A stretch of 64,000 nucleotides of DNA from Bdellovibrionales bacterium (GCA_965219095.1 CBDCMT010000001.1:1632001-1696000); one strand, 5' to 3'. Counted from the stretch's first letter, positions 8,768-18,716 are shown. Translations and numbers: made by a program. The notes: generated by a model from the letters alone, not told the origin.

Positions 8768-10993
8768 ATGATGTTTTTCGTAATTATGAAGAATCTGTTT
8801 AAAACATCACTTATTATTTCTTTGTTAAACACTCTTATATTAACACATGCATTACAAGGCCATGAAACTTATGAGGGAACACAAGAAATGCCTACTACTG
8901 CTACATCCATTACACAAAAACAAAAGACTCTTACAACATGTGAGCAGTTTAGTGAAGTATGGACCAATTGGGACCGAATGCCTTTCGGTCCGGCTATTAT
9001 AAATCTTGCTAATATGCGAGACCAATTAAATCACAAAAACCTTTTCGATCCTTATAAAGAGTTACCACAAACCCTAAGCAACGGAAAACCTATTGAATGT
9101 GATGAACACTCTAAGAAAGCTCGCACCGATAATGGAACTTGCAATAATCTTAAAAGTCCTTCCATGGGAGCTAAACAAATGGCTTTTGGGCGAAATGTTC
9201 CTTTAAATAAAATCGTAAGAACAGGAGAAGAAAAACTTTACTACCCCAATCCCGTAACTATCAGTCAAGAACTTTTAGAAAGAGACACTTTTAAACCTGT
9301 TTTATTTTTAAACTTTTTGATCACAAGTTGGCTTCAGTTTATGAACCATGACTGGGTTTTTCACGGAAAAAATGTGAAAGAAAATCCCTATACTTTTCAT
9401 AAATACCTTACAACTATGAAAACTCTTGAGGAGGCAGCAGAAAACCCCTCTTCTCAGAAGAGTCAAGAATTGTATAAAATTTTAATTCCTCGGACACAAG
9501 TTGATCCTCAACTTCAAAAAGAAAGACACTCTTCTGTTCCTGAAAATAAAATTTATCGCAATGCTGTGACCCACTGGTGGGATGGATCTCAAATTTATGG
9601 TAGCGACACTGAAACTTTGAAAACCATACGTTCTTATAAAAACGGCAAGATGATTATTGAAGATGAAGGACTTCTTCCTTTAGGAGAAGACCATATAGAA
9701 AAAGTAGGATTCAAAGACAACTGGTGGGTGGGCTTAAGTATGCTCCACCATCTTTTTGTTATGGAACATAACTCCATAGCTGAAATGCTCCAAAAACATT
9801 ATCCCTCTTGGAATGATCAAAAACTGTATGATACAGCTCGTTTGATCAACGCTGCTGTTATGGCTAAAATTCATACTGTAGAGTGGACTCCTGCTATTCT
9901 CCCTAACCCTGTTTTACAAGTAGGAATGGAGACCAACTGGTCAGGAGCTTTGAATCCTAAAACCCAATTAATTTTAAGTGAAATTATGACTTCAGATGAA
10001 ACTCTTTTCCTTTGTAAAGAAGACGTTAATCCTGTGTTAAAAAGCTTAAGAAAACTTGCTGGTTCTGCCTTAGGAAATTGGATGTCTCAATATGAAGAAA
10101 AAGCTGATCATGGTGAAAATACTGTAGGACTTCATCCTATTCTTATAGGAATGGTGGGAGGAAATACTGAACTTTTTGATGTTCCCTACACCCTTACAGA
10201 AGAATTTGTAGCTGTCTACCGTATGCATCCTCTTCTTCCAGAAGAATTACAAGTCATTGACTTTGATACAGGAAAAACGGAGGTAGTTCCTCTTAACGAA
10301 ACAAGACATGAAAAATCTATGAACCTTATAAAAAGACAAGGTTTAAAAAATCTTTTTTATTCCTTTGGACGAACTCATCCTGGAGCTTTAAGTTTAAAAA
10401 ATTATCCTAAATTTATGACTAACATTCAAGTTCCTGAGAATCCCTCAGGAACACGAACTATTGATATGGCGATGACTGACATTTTACGGGATAGAGAAAG
10501 AGGAGTTCTTCGTTACAACAACTTTCGTAGAGCTATTGGGCTAAAACCTATTCGAAAATTTGAAGATCTGTTTATGGATGAAAATCGTCCTGAAACTTTT
10601 AAAAATTTAGAAAGCAAAGAAAACCAAAATCTTTTAGCCACATTAAAAAAAGTTTATGACAATGATGTGGAACAAATCGACCTTCTTGTGGGAACTTTAG
10701 GAGAACAAATCCGCCCCCAAAATTTTGGTTTTGGTGAAACAGCTTTTCAAATTTTTATTCTAATGGCTACTCGAAGACTGCAAGCGGATCGCTTTTTCAC
10801 AGAAGATTACACAGCAGAAATTTATACTCAAGAAGGTTTGGATTGGATCGACACCACTAGTATGAAGAAAGTTCTTTTAAGACATTTTCCTTCCTTGAAT
10901 TCTGCCTTAGAAGGAGTTAAAAACGCTTTTAATCCATGGAACAACATTCACAACAAAAAAGAGAGAAAGAGGCTGAAAAATGAAAAATTTTAA
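8768..10993 (+). CDS. Heme peroxidase-cyclooxygenase superfamily enzyme, fatty-acid alpha-dioxygenase type, with signal peptide
   Basis: WLQFMNHDW (distal His), THWWDGSQIYG, AKIHTVEWT, EEFVAVYRMHPLLP (catalytic Tyr and proximal His), RDRERGV.RYN.FRR, MATRRLQADRFFT; all match plant/cyanobacterial alpha-DOX motifs. Confidence 0.88.
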   Translation: MMFFVIMKNLFKTSLIISLLNTLILTHALQGHETYEGTQEMPTTATSITQKQKTLTTCEQFSEVWTNWDRMPFGPAIINLANMRDQLNHKNLFDPYKELPQTLSNGKPIECDEHSKKARTDNGTCNNLKSPSMGAKQMAFGRNVPLNKIVRTGEEKLYYPNPVTISQELLERDTFKPVLFLNFLITSWLQFMNHDWVFHGKNVKENPYTFHKYLTTMKTLEEAAENPSSQKSQELYKILIPRTQVDPQLQKERHSSVPENKIYRNAVTHWWDGSQIYGSDTETLKTIRSYKNGKMIIEDEGLLPLGEDHIEKVGFKDNWWVGLSMLHHLFVMEHNSIAEMLQKHYPSWNDQKLYDTARLINAAVMAKIHTVEWTPAILPNPVLQVGMETNWSGALNPKTQLILSEIMTSDETLFLCKEDVNPVLKSLRKLAGSALGNWMSQYEEKADHGENTVGLHPILIGMVGGNTELFDVPYTLTEEFVAVYRMHPLLPEELQVIDFDTGKTEVVPLNETRHEKSMNLIKRQGLKNLFYSFGRTHPGALSLKNYPKFMTNIQVPENPSGTRTIDMAMTDILRDRERGVLRYNNFRRAIGLKPIRKFEDLFMDENRPETFKNLESKENQNLLATLKKVYDNDVEQIDLLVGTLGEQIRPQNFGFGETAFQIFILMATRRLQADRFFTEDYTAEIYTQEGLDWIDTTSMKKVLLRHFPSLNSALEGVKNAFNPWNNIHNKKERKRLKNEKF

Positions 10994-12746
10994 AATCATT
11001 ATTTTATTTACCTTCATATTGCCTTTAAAAAGCTACAGTACTCCTCTTACTGAAGCAAACTATAAATCTAATCTTTCATCAGAAGCTGTCTCTTATGATC
11101 CAACATCATCGCAGGATCAGAAAAGAATCGAAATTCCTGAAATCAGAAATCTCCCTAAAGGAGTCAAAGAGGCTATTGAAAAAATCTTTAATGAAAAAAG
11201 ACCACAATACATTGTTAATCTTGAACAAAAAATTAAAAGTGATACAAACTACTACGAATCACTAAGCACTAAAAAGGCCCAAATGCCCTGCGGAACTTCA
11301 AAAGGTTATATTTTAAACAATAGCTTTGAATTGATTGAAGGTTTTTACAGTATTCTCGCCAATGAATTTTCATTAAAGGGAGGTGCCGAAAAATATCATG
11401 AAATGATAAGGCCCGTTGTTGACAGTAAAGTAGAAAACACAAAAGCCTCTCAAGCTCTTACAAAGCTCTTAGAAGTCATTTGGTCTGGAAAGCTCATTAA
11501 GAAAACAAACAATCCCTGTAAAAATTATCTTATTAATAATCTTTTTACCAGTACAAACGGAAAGAAAGCTTTTGAAGCTGAAGTCTATCATTTAGACTCA
11601 GCAACTATTAATATCGATTATTCCATAAGCTCCTACCAAATCATCCGCAACATAAGAGACGAAATAAGACAAGTCAGCGATACACTTTATTTAGGAAAAG
11701 CTTTCTACAAAGGAACTCACTCTGAAAAAGAAAGCCTCTTTCTTTATTTTGCTTTAGACTTTAGTCAATCCCCTAGTTGTGAAAAAACAACAGAGGCTAT
11801 TAAAACAGATCAAGTTGAATTGAGTGTAAATTACAAAAACTTAAAATCTTGTGAAAAAATGAACCTTCTTTGGGATGATTATATCATGTCTTCAAAGTAT
11901 AAAATTCTTCCCAAACTGGATGATGCCGATGCTTTTGGCCTTTTTTCTTTAACTCTCACTAATCAAATGAAAGACAAAATGGATTACACTTCTGATGTTG
12001 TTCCAAAAGGCTGGGTTAAACCTATTCACTCTAGAGGATCTATGGCAAAGATTCGTTTTAAAAGTAGCAAGGAACACCCTTTCACAGGACTCTATAACCA
12101 ATCATCTTGTGCTCTCATAAGACTTTCTTTAACGAACAATCCACACCAAAAACATATTTTAAAACCTGGGCAAAAAAGAGGTGTTGCTCCAGGAATAGCC
12201 CTAAAGTTTTTTGTGGATGAAAAGCCTTCTCAGGACCTTTCTCTTCTTACTACTTTAGAGGGACAGGGTAACAATCATAACTTCTTTTTAGAAACATTCT
12301 TCTCCAGTATCATTCCCATAGGCTCAGGTTTTGACATGAAAGTTGTTCACACACTCTTTGAAACAGTCTCAAAGTATCCTGAAAGACTTTCTGTTTCAGG
12401 AATGAGTGAATGGACCCTCCATGGAGAGAATGTATCTAAACCTGTTTCTCCCACGCAACTTTTCTTCGTACCTGCCTATCAGGCCTCTGAAAAAGAAGAA
12501 GATATTCGTGAAAAGTTTCACCGCATTCCAAGAGGAACCACACTCTTTCATGTTTATGGCTATGTTTCCAAATCTCCGAAAGAAGATTATAAAAATTATT
12601 CCAAACAACAAGGTTTTAAGTTTTTAGATAAATCTTTTCATATAGGAGAAATTATTACAGAATCAGAATTTATTTCTTCTGCTTTTGGCGATCATGATAT
12701 TTTCTTTAAACATAAAATGTTTGAGAGCGATTATCAAAAAAAGTAA
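10980..12746 (+). CDS. Secreted two-domain protein: uncharacterised peroxidase-associated domain plus catalase-like domain
   Basis: Signal peptide. N-domain WSGK...IDYS...IRDEIRQVSDTLYLGKAF...YFALDF. C-domain KPIHSRG.MAKIRF..HPFTGL...LIRLS...APGIALKFF resembles catalase-related hemoproteins. 14-bp overlap with the dioxygenase gene. Confidence 0.65.
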   Translation: MKNFKIIILFTFILPLKSYSTPLTEANYKSNLSSEAVSYDPTSSQDQKRIEIPEIRNLPKGVKEAIEKIFNEKRPQYIVNLEQKIKSDTNYYESLSTKKAQMPCGTSKGYILNNSFELIEGFYSILANEFSLKGGAEKYHEMIRPVVDSKVENTKASQALTKLLEVIWSGKLIKKTNNPCKNYLINNLFTSTNGKKAFEAEVYHLDSATINIDYSISSYQIIRNIRDEIRQVSDTLYLGKAFYKGTHSEKESLFLYFALDFSQSPSCEKTTEAIKTDQVELSVNYKNLKSCEKMNLLWDDYIMSSKYKILPKLDDADAFGLFSLTLTNQMKDKMDYTSDVVPKGWVKPIHSRGSMAKIRFKSSKEHPFTGLYNQSSCALIRLSLTNNPHQKHILKPGQKRGVAPGIALKFFVDEKPSQDLSLLTTLEGQGNNHNFFLETFFSSIIPIGSGFDMKVVHTLFETVSKYPERLSVSGMSEWTLHGENVSKPVSPTQLFFVPAYQASEKEEDIREKFHRIPRGTTLFHVYGYVSKSPKEDYKNYSKQQGFKFLDKSFHIGEIITESEFISSAFGDHDIFFKHKMFESDYQKK

Positions 12747-12866
12747 AAATTCTCTTTCTTTTTGACTTAAGATAGAATGCTTCTTAATCGCTCCTTTAAA
12801 AAACTAAAGAAAATGACCATTCTTGTCAAGCTTTCTTTTATCTTATAGAAACGTTAATATATCAAC

Positions 12867-13850
12867 ATGTATACAAAAGATCCAGGCTTACAGAATTTCC
12901 ACTTAAAAACATTCGATCTAGAAACATTTACCATTTACAGTAAAAAACTTCTTAAGAATCCTCTCTCCGATTCCCCTTTAAGACACAACCTCGTTCTTAT
13001 TCCCAAAAAAAGAAAAAATAATTTACCTCTTGTTCTTTATCTGAGTGGTTTTGGAGGAGAGGCTTCCAGCAACTTAAATTCCCATTGGCCATCTCTTAAC
13101 AAAGCACAAACAATTGACCTTGCCTTAGCTCAAAAAAAAGCCCCCAAAGCCATCTATGTTTTTGTAGATGCTATGACCTCTTTAGGAGGCTCTCAATTTA
13201 TTAATAGTAAAGGAACTGGAAATTATGCAGACTACATCACCGAAGAACTCCTGCCTTCATTAAAAAAAGAGTACAAAACTTCCAATAAAACCTGCCTTTT
13301 GGGTGTTTCCAGTGGAGCTTATGGAGCTTTATTTTTAGCTTCTCATTACCCTAAGCTTTTCTCCTATGTGGGAGCTTTAGGGCCTGATTCTTTTTTTGAA
13401 TACAGCCTTTTAACAGAAATCTATGCCGCCATTCCTTACTTTTCAAAATACAAAAGTCTATCCCAGTTAAAAGAACAACTCAAGTTTAAAAGCTATCAAG
13501 ATCCATGGCCTGTATTTAATGCCATAGCCATGGGACTATGCTATTGTCCTAATAAAAAAGGCTTTCTAGGAGTGGATTGGCCTGTTGATTTAAACACAGG
13601 ACAAATAAAGCCTGTTCTTTGGAAAAAGTGGAAAGCTTATGATCCCATAGAGTTTTTAAAAAAACAGTCCTTAAAGGCAAAAACATATTTAGAAGTAGGA
13701 GTTAATGATCAGTTTTTTCTTCTCTACGGAGCAAGACAGATAAAATCACTCATTAAAAACTGCACTTATAATGAATATGAAGGAGATCATTTTAGTCTTT
13801 CTAAAAGAATCCCTTATTTCCTGAAGTGGTTAAAAAAAGTTTGGAAGTAA
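12867..13850 (+). CDS. Alpha/beta-hydrolase, enterochelin-esterase-like (esterase family)
   Basis: Nucleophile elbow GVSSG, Asp in VGVNDQF, His in YEGDHF; GGSQFINS..TGNYADYI. Confidence 0.8.
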   Translation: MYTKDPGLQNFHLKTFDLETFTIYSKKLLKNPLSDSPLRHNLVLIPKKRKNNLPLVLYLSGFGGEASSNLNSHWPSLNKAQTIDLALAQKKAPKAIYVFVDAMTSLGGSQFINSKGTGNYADYITEELLPSLKKEYKTSNKTCLLGVSSGAYGALFLASHYPKLFSYVGALGPDSFFEYSLLTEIYAAIPYFSKYKSLSQLKEQLKFKSYQDPWPVFNAIAMGLCYCPNKKGFLGVDWPVDLNTGQIKPVLWKKWKAYDPIEFLKKQSLKAKTYLEVGVNDQFFLLYGARQIKSLIKNCTYNEYEGDHFSLSKRIPYFLKWLKKVWK

Positions 13851-13894
13851 CCTTAAGCTTTTCTTAGACCTCCCTAGAAGCCTTTAAAAATAAA

Positions 13895-16531
13895 TCACAT
13901 TTTTTTTAGTTTTGTTTGTATCTGTGCTTTTGCTAAAGCTAATTTAGCAATGGGTATACGATAAGGAGAACAACTCACATAGTTTAAACCGATACGATGA
14001 AAAAAAGAAATGCTCTGAGGGTCTCCCCCATGCTCTCCACAAACTCCTATTTTTATAGATGGGTTGATCTTTCTTGCTTTCTTAATACCTATAGACATCA
14101 ATTCTCCAACTCCTTTTATGTCAAGAGATACAAAAGGATCTTCGCTAAAAAAGCCCTTCATCACATAAGTGGGTAAGAATTTTCCACAATCATCTCTAGA
14201 TAAACCTAAGCATGTTTGAGTGAGATCATTAGTTCCAAAACTAAAAAACTCTGCCTCTTTTGCTAACTCATCAGCCACAAAACAAGCTCTCGGAAGTTCT
14301 ATCATAGTTCCTATTTGATAAGAAATCGTGACTTGATATTTCTTTTCTACACCTTTAAAGGTTTCTTTTACAAGTTGTTTTAACTCTTGAAGCTCTTCTT
14401 TTAACATCACAAGAGGTAACATAATCTCTAAGTTCACCTTTTGATTTTCTTTGATAAGTTCTGCACAAGATTCTGCCATAGCTAAAGCCTGCATTTCGTA
14501 AACAGAAGGAAACGTCAAGCCTAAACGACAACCTCTGTGACCTAACATAGGATTAAACTCATGAAGGTTTTTAATTTGTGATCTAAGCCTTTCTGTCTTC
14601 CAAGACAATTGTTCTGCTAAAACTTCGATTTCTTCTTTTTTTTGTGGCAAAAACTCATGCAAAGGAGGATCAAGAAGTCTTACATTTACAGACCTCCCCT
14701 CTAAAGCTAAAAAAATCTCTTTAAAATCTTTCTTCTGCATAGAAAAAAGATTCTTTAAGGCTTCCTGTCGTGTCTTTTCATCTTGTGCTAAAATCATTTT
14801 CCTTACTAGCAAAATCTTATCTTTAGAAAAAAACATATGTTCTGTACGGCAAAGTCCCACACCTTTTGCACCAAATCCTAAAGCCCTCTCTACGTCTTTT
14901 TTTGTATCAGCATTCACTCTGACCTCAATTTGAGAGTATTTTTCACTAAGCTTCATAATTCTTTGAAAGTCTTCATCTAAACAAGGTTCAATAGTGGGAA
15001 GCTCTCCTACAAAAACTTCACCCGTACTTCCATCCAAAGTAATCACATCGCCTTCTTTTAAAACCCTATCTCTACTCAAAAGTTCTTTTGTAGAAAAAAC
15101 TAACTCCAAATCGTGACAGCCTACAACACAACACTTTCCCATACCTCGTGCAACAACAGCTGCATGAGAAGTCATACCTCCTCTGATGGTTAAGACCCCT
15201 TTAGACTGAATCATACCCTCTATATCTTCAGGCGATGTTTCTTTACGAACTAAAATCACATTTTCACCCTTTTTCGCCTCTTCTACAGCTTTACTGCTGT
15301 CAAAAATGATCTTTCCTGTAACACCACCAGGACTTGCGGGCAGACCTTTAGAAAAAAGATCCTTTTGAGAATGGGGATCTAAAAGAGGGTGAAGAAGTTG
15401 ATTTAAACTTAAAGGATCGATCCTCATAAGAGCTTCTCTTTCAGAAATTTTCTTTTCATCTAATAAATCACAGGCTATTTTTACACTAGCTTTTGCTGCT
15501 CTTTTAGCCGACCTTGTTTGCAAAAGCCAAAAACGTCCCTTTTCTACTGTAAACTCTATATCCTGCATATCTTTGTAATGATTTTCTAAAAGATCACATG
15601 TCTTTAAAAGTTCACTATAAGAATCGAAAAATAGTTTTTTGAAAGTGTTTTTTTCTGTTTGAGAAGTGATAGGAAAAGGTGTTCTGATTCCTGCCACTAC
15701 ATCCTCTCCTTGAGCTTTAGGTAAAAATTCTCCAAAAATTTCTTTCTTTCCTGTAGAAGGATTTCTTGTAAAACACACTCCTGTTGCTGATTGAGAACCT
15801 AAGTTGCCAAAAACCATAGCTTGGACATTAACGGCTGTTCCCCAGTTTTCATCAATATTATAAAGTTTTCTATATGTTACAGCACGAGGTGTGTACCAAC
15901 TCCGAAATACTGCAGAAATTGCCTCCCATAATTGCTCTTCAGGATGAGTAGGAAAGGTTTTTTGAGTGTGATGAAAAATTCTTTTTTTGAATTTTTCAAC
16001 AATTAACTTCAAGTCATCTACGTTCAAATCAGTGTCCTCTTTGCATCCTTTTTCTTCTTTAACATCCTCTAAAATCACTTCCAGAAAAGAAAAGTTCATA
16101 CCCATAACAACATTGGAGTACATTTGTAAAAAACGTCTATAAGAATCCCAAGCAAACCTAGGATCCTCTGACTGACAAGCTAACCCCTGAACCGTTTCAT
16201 CATTAAGCCCTAAGTTTAAAATAGTATCCATCATCCCCGGCATGCTGACACAAGCCCCTGAACGCACACTCACTAAAAGAGGATTGTCTTTATCTCCAAA
16301 AACTTTTTTCACTTTCTTTTCTACTTTATTTAAATTTTCTAAAATCTCTTTCTTAAAAGAACTAGTGAGTTTTTCATTGTTTTTATAAAAACAATGAAAC
16401 CCCTTCACGGAAATGGTAAACCCAGGAGGAACAGGTAAACCTAAAGATGACATTTCTGCTAAATTAGCACCTTTGCCTCCTAAAAGCTCTTTAGAAAAAT
16501 CTCTAGATGACAAAGAAAACAAATGAACCAA
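13895..16531 (-). CDS. ppdK: Pyruvate, phosphate dikinase
   Basis: LLGGKGANLAEM, SMPGMMDTILNLG, GGMTSHAAVVARG (phospho-His), GLCRTEHMF, FSFGTNDLTQ, GVCGEHGGDP; TTG start with AGGAGGT RBS. Confidence 0.97.
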   Translation of the reverse strand: MVHLFSLSSRDFSKELLGGKGANLAEMSSLGLPVPPGFTISVKGFHCFYKNNEKLTSSFKKEILENLNKVEKKVKKVFGDKDNPLLVSVRSGACVSMPGMMDTILNLGLNDETVQGLACQSEDPRFAWDSYRRFLQMYSNVVMGMNFSFLEVILEDVKEEKGCKEDTDLNVDDLKLIVEKFKKRIFHHTQKTFPTHPEEQLWEAISAVFRSWYTPRAVTYRKLYNIDENWGTAVNVQAMVFGNLGSQSATGVCFTRNPSTGKKEIFGEFLPKAQGEDVVAGIRTPFPITSQTEKNTFKKLFFDSYSELLKTCDLLENHYKDMQDIEFTVEKGRFWLLQTRSAKRAAKASVKIACDLLDEKKISEREALMRIDPLSLNQLLHPLLDPHSQKDLFSKGLPASPGGVTGKIIFDSSKAVEEAKKGENVILVRKETSPEDIEGMIQSKGVLTIRGGMTSHAAVVARGMGKCCVVGCHDLELVFSTKELLSRDRVLKEGDVITLDGSTGEVFVGELPTIEPCLDEDFQRIMKLSEKYSQIEVRVNADTKKDVERALGFGAKGVGLCRTEHMFFSKDKILLVRKMILAQDEKTRQEALKNLFSMQKKDFKEIFLALEGRSVNVRLLDPPLHEFLPQKKEEIEVLAEQLSWKTERLRSQIKNLHEFNPMLGHRGCRLGLTFPSVYEMQALAMAESCAELIKENQKVNLEIMLPLVMLKEELQELKQLVKETFKGVEKKYQVTISYQIGTMIELPRACFVADELAKEAEFFSFGTNDLTQTCLGLSRDDCGKFLPTYVMKGFFSEDPFVSLDIKGVGELMSIGIKKARKINPSIKIGVCGEHGGDPQSISFFHRIGLNYVSCSPYRIPIAKLALAKAQIQTKLKKM

Positions 16532-16743
16532 TGGTATAAAACCTCCTTTTACGATTCAAAGACTTCTTTAGGTGATTTTAGAAAGAAGATAGTCCGCATC
16601 CTTTCATTTCATCCTACACCATTGGTCCCTCAAACCTCAACATTTACTTACAAAGAAAGAGCCTTTTAGACATCATTCTGTATTCAAATCGAACCAGAGC
16701 CAAGTTATCCCCTGTATGAACTTCTTTCCTAATTGCAAGAAAG

Positions 16744-16779
16744 ACTTAGATGACGCATAAAACTTAGATGACGCATAAA
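16744..16779. repeat. 18-bp tandem duplication (2 copies)
   Basis: acttagatgacgcataaa repeated exactly twice. Confidence 0.85.
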
Positions 16780-16800
16780 ACAAGTTGTATTCATGCATAA

Positions 16801-16863
16801 TACCATTTCCAAAAATTAATTCGACATTTTTTTAACGCACAGCCTTCTGGTTTTTTAATCAAA
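16801..16863 (+). mobile_element. Left-end remnant of IS630 type A
   Basis: taccatttccaaaaattaattcgacatt matches the terminal repeat at 20637 and the ends at 22312, 61207 and 62606; preceded by TAA. Confidence 0.75.
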
Positions 16864-16864
16864 T

Positions 16865-17012
16865 GTAAGTCGGTTATCTGACCGCCCTTGACTCCTACGA
16901 GGGGGATATTTCTTAGCTTTTAAAGGAGAAGTTTTTATTGATCTTGTTGTAAAACAAGCCTGTAAAACATTTCCCAAGACCTTCCCTGTTACAAAAATGT
17001 AGAGAAGTTCTT
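16865..17012 (-). mobile_element. Diverged right-end remnant of IS66 type B
   Basis: gtaagtcggtt...ggagaagtttttattgatcttgttgtaaaac is similar to the ends at 35983 and 46140. Confidence 0.7.
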
Positions 17013-17015
17013 CTA

Positions 17016-17886
17016 GGGCATGTCCTCATTTGCCAAGACCTTTTTCAAGACCTTAGGCGTGTTGAATATTTATAAAGATTGTAAAAAGCTCATAACAAAG
17101 GGAGGTATTATGTTAAGAAAAGTTTTAACAGATTCTATGTGGAAGGATCTGGAAGCTATTATAAGAGAGAAAGGCTGTTATCATTCAGCAAACAATAGAA
17201 ATGTTATGGAAGCAATTTTATGGAAATTACGTACAGGCAGTCCGTGGCGTGATATTCCTGAACAGTTCTGTCCTTGGAAGAGAGCATATAATCGCTTTAA
17301 TAGGTGGGTACAAAAAGGGTTATGGAATGATTTTTTTTTACTTTACAAGAAGAAGTTGATACAGAGTGGGTGTCCATCGACGGAAGTTACGTATCGGTTC
17401 ATCAGCATGCTAGTGGAGCTCGGCGTGGAGAAAGTCGTGCTGTGGGAAAATCTAGAGGTGGATCCACAACAAAAATACACATGGCCTCCGATGCGCATGG
17501 AAATCCACTCTGTTTTAAAATCACTGGGGGTGAAGTACACGACAGTCAAGTTGCAGGTGATTTAATTGATGAGTTTCGTAGTGAGTATTTGATTGCTGAC
17601 AAGGCCTATGACTCGGATGAGATACGAGATAAGGCTCGTAGTAAGAAGATAAAGCCTGTGATACCGAGACGAAAAAATAGCAAAAAGAAAAATAAAGATT
17701 TTGATCGTCATATCTATAAATCTCGACATCAGATAGAAAACCTTTTTGCTCGTCTTAAGCATTTTAGAGGTATTGCCACTCGATTTGAAAAGCTTGCTAG
17801 AAATTTCAAAGCTATGCTATCTATAGCATGTATGTTTATTTGGCTTAAACTTCAAAGTAAAGGTCCAGTCAAATGAGGACACGCCC
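17016..17886 (+). mobile_element. IS5 family (IS427-like) element
   Basis: 16-bp TIRs gggcatgtcctcattt / aaatgaggacacgccc (1 mismatch), flanked by TA on both sides. Confidence 0.88.
17110..17876 (+). CDS. IS5 family transposase, two overlapping ORFs (likely frameshift-expressed)
   Basis: OrfA LRTGSPWRDIPEQF..YNRFNRW; OrfB IDGSYVSVHQHA, TKIH, ADKAYDSD, RHQIENLFARLKHFR; T-run at about 17331-17339 at the junction. Confidence 0.8.
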
Positions 17887-17889
17887 TAA

Positions 17890-18487
17890 TATCTTTGTGT
17901 TTTTTACTTAGCCTCTTAAACTCTGCTTCATAACGTGCTTTCTCCTCCCCATAAGAACTGATAGCTTTATCTAAGCCTTCTAGAACAAATATATCTCTTC
18001 CGCCCGTTTTAATTGAGTCTGCTTCTTAGCATCAAGGTGGGAAGCTCGAAACAGAGCTGATCTTTGGTTTTTAACACGAACTCCTCTTTTAACCACATCT
18101 TCATACCCACTGACAATCTTACGAAGGTAAATGAATTCATCACCTGAGTGAAAAACTGGTTTCAAAAGGCCAGAGCGTAACAATAAAACAAGTTTTTCAG
18201 CATCAATTTTATCAGTTTTAGCCCCTTCACTTAAAAGTTTGTTCCGAAGAGGATCACAGACTATGAACTCATCAACACTATCCTTTAATTCTGAATACAA
18301 CCACTATCGAAGTTGTAGTCTCTTCGATAGTCAATATCTTCTTACCTTTCAGAGTTTTTAAATAGGCACGAAGATTCCCAAGATCTGAAATCGTGTCCAT
18401 AGTCTTAATATCTTTTGATTTGCCTGTCATCCTTGAAATGGCCATGTTACTTTGTGCCCAATCTACGGCTATATAGTGATCATACAT
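17890..18487 (-). pseudogene. IS110 family recombinase, frameshifted and 3'-truncated by the IS5
   Basis: YIAVDWAQ, IEETT and KTDKIDAEKL form the DEDD RuvC-like N-domain. Frameshifts near 18290 and 17990; continues FVLEGLDKAISSY...KHKDI up to the IS5 end. C-terminal Tnp20 domain absent. Confidence 0.8.
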
Positions 18488-18690
18488 TTTATTTTCCTCC
18501 TTTGTTGGTTTGTTTATAAATAAAGTCTTGAAATCCTATTTTACATCTTTTTTTTGCTTTTCCCTTTGAGGCCTTAAAAACCAGGCCAGCTAAAGGGTTT
18601 AGAATTTGTCTCGAAAAGCTCACCTCCTTCTGCAAGTACTTTAGGGTCACTATCATGGCTTAAACCAGTGACCTGTCTTTTTGATTTACC

Positions 18691-18716
18691 GTCGAAATTA
18701 ATTTTTGTAATTGGTA
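18691..18716 (+). mobile_element. Isolated IS630 type A terminal repeat
   Basis: gtcgaaattaatttttgtaattggta followed by TTA; near-identical to the end at 22439. Confidence 0.6.

Noticed and set aside
16744..16779. 18-bp repeat as a CRISPR array
   Set aside because: Only two adjacent copies, no spacer and no cas genes; a simple tandem duplication
17020..17876. IS5 transposase as a pseudogene
   Set aside because: A two-ORF layout with a slippery run is normal for IS427-like elements, and TIRs and TA flanks are intact
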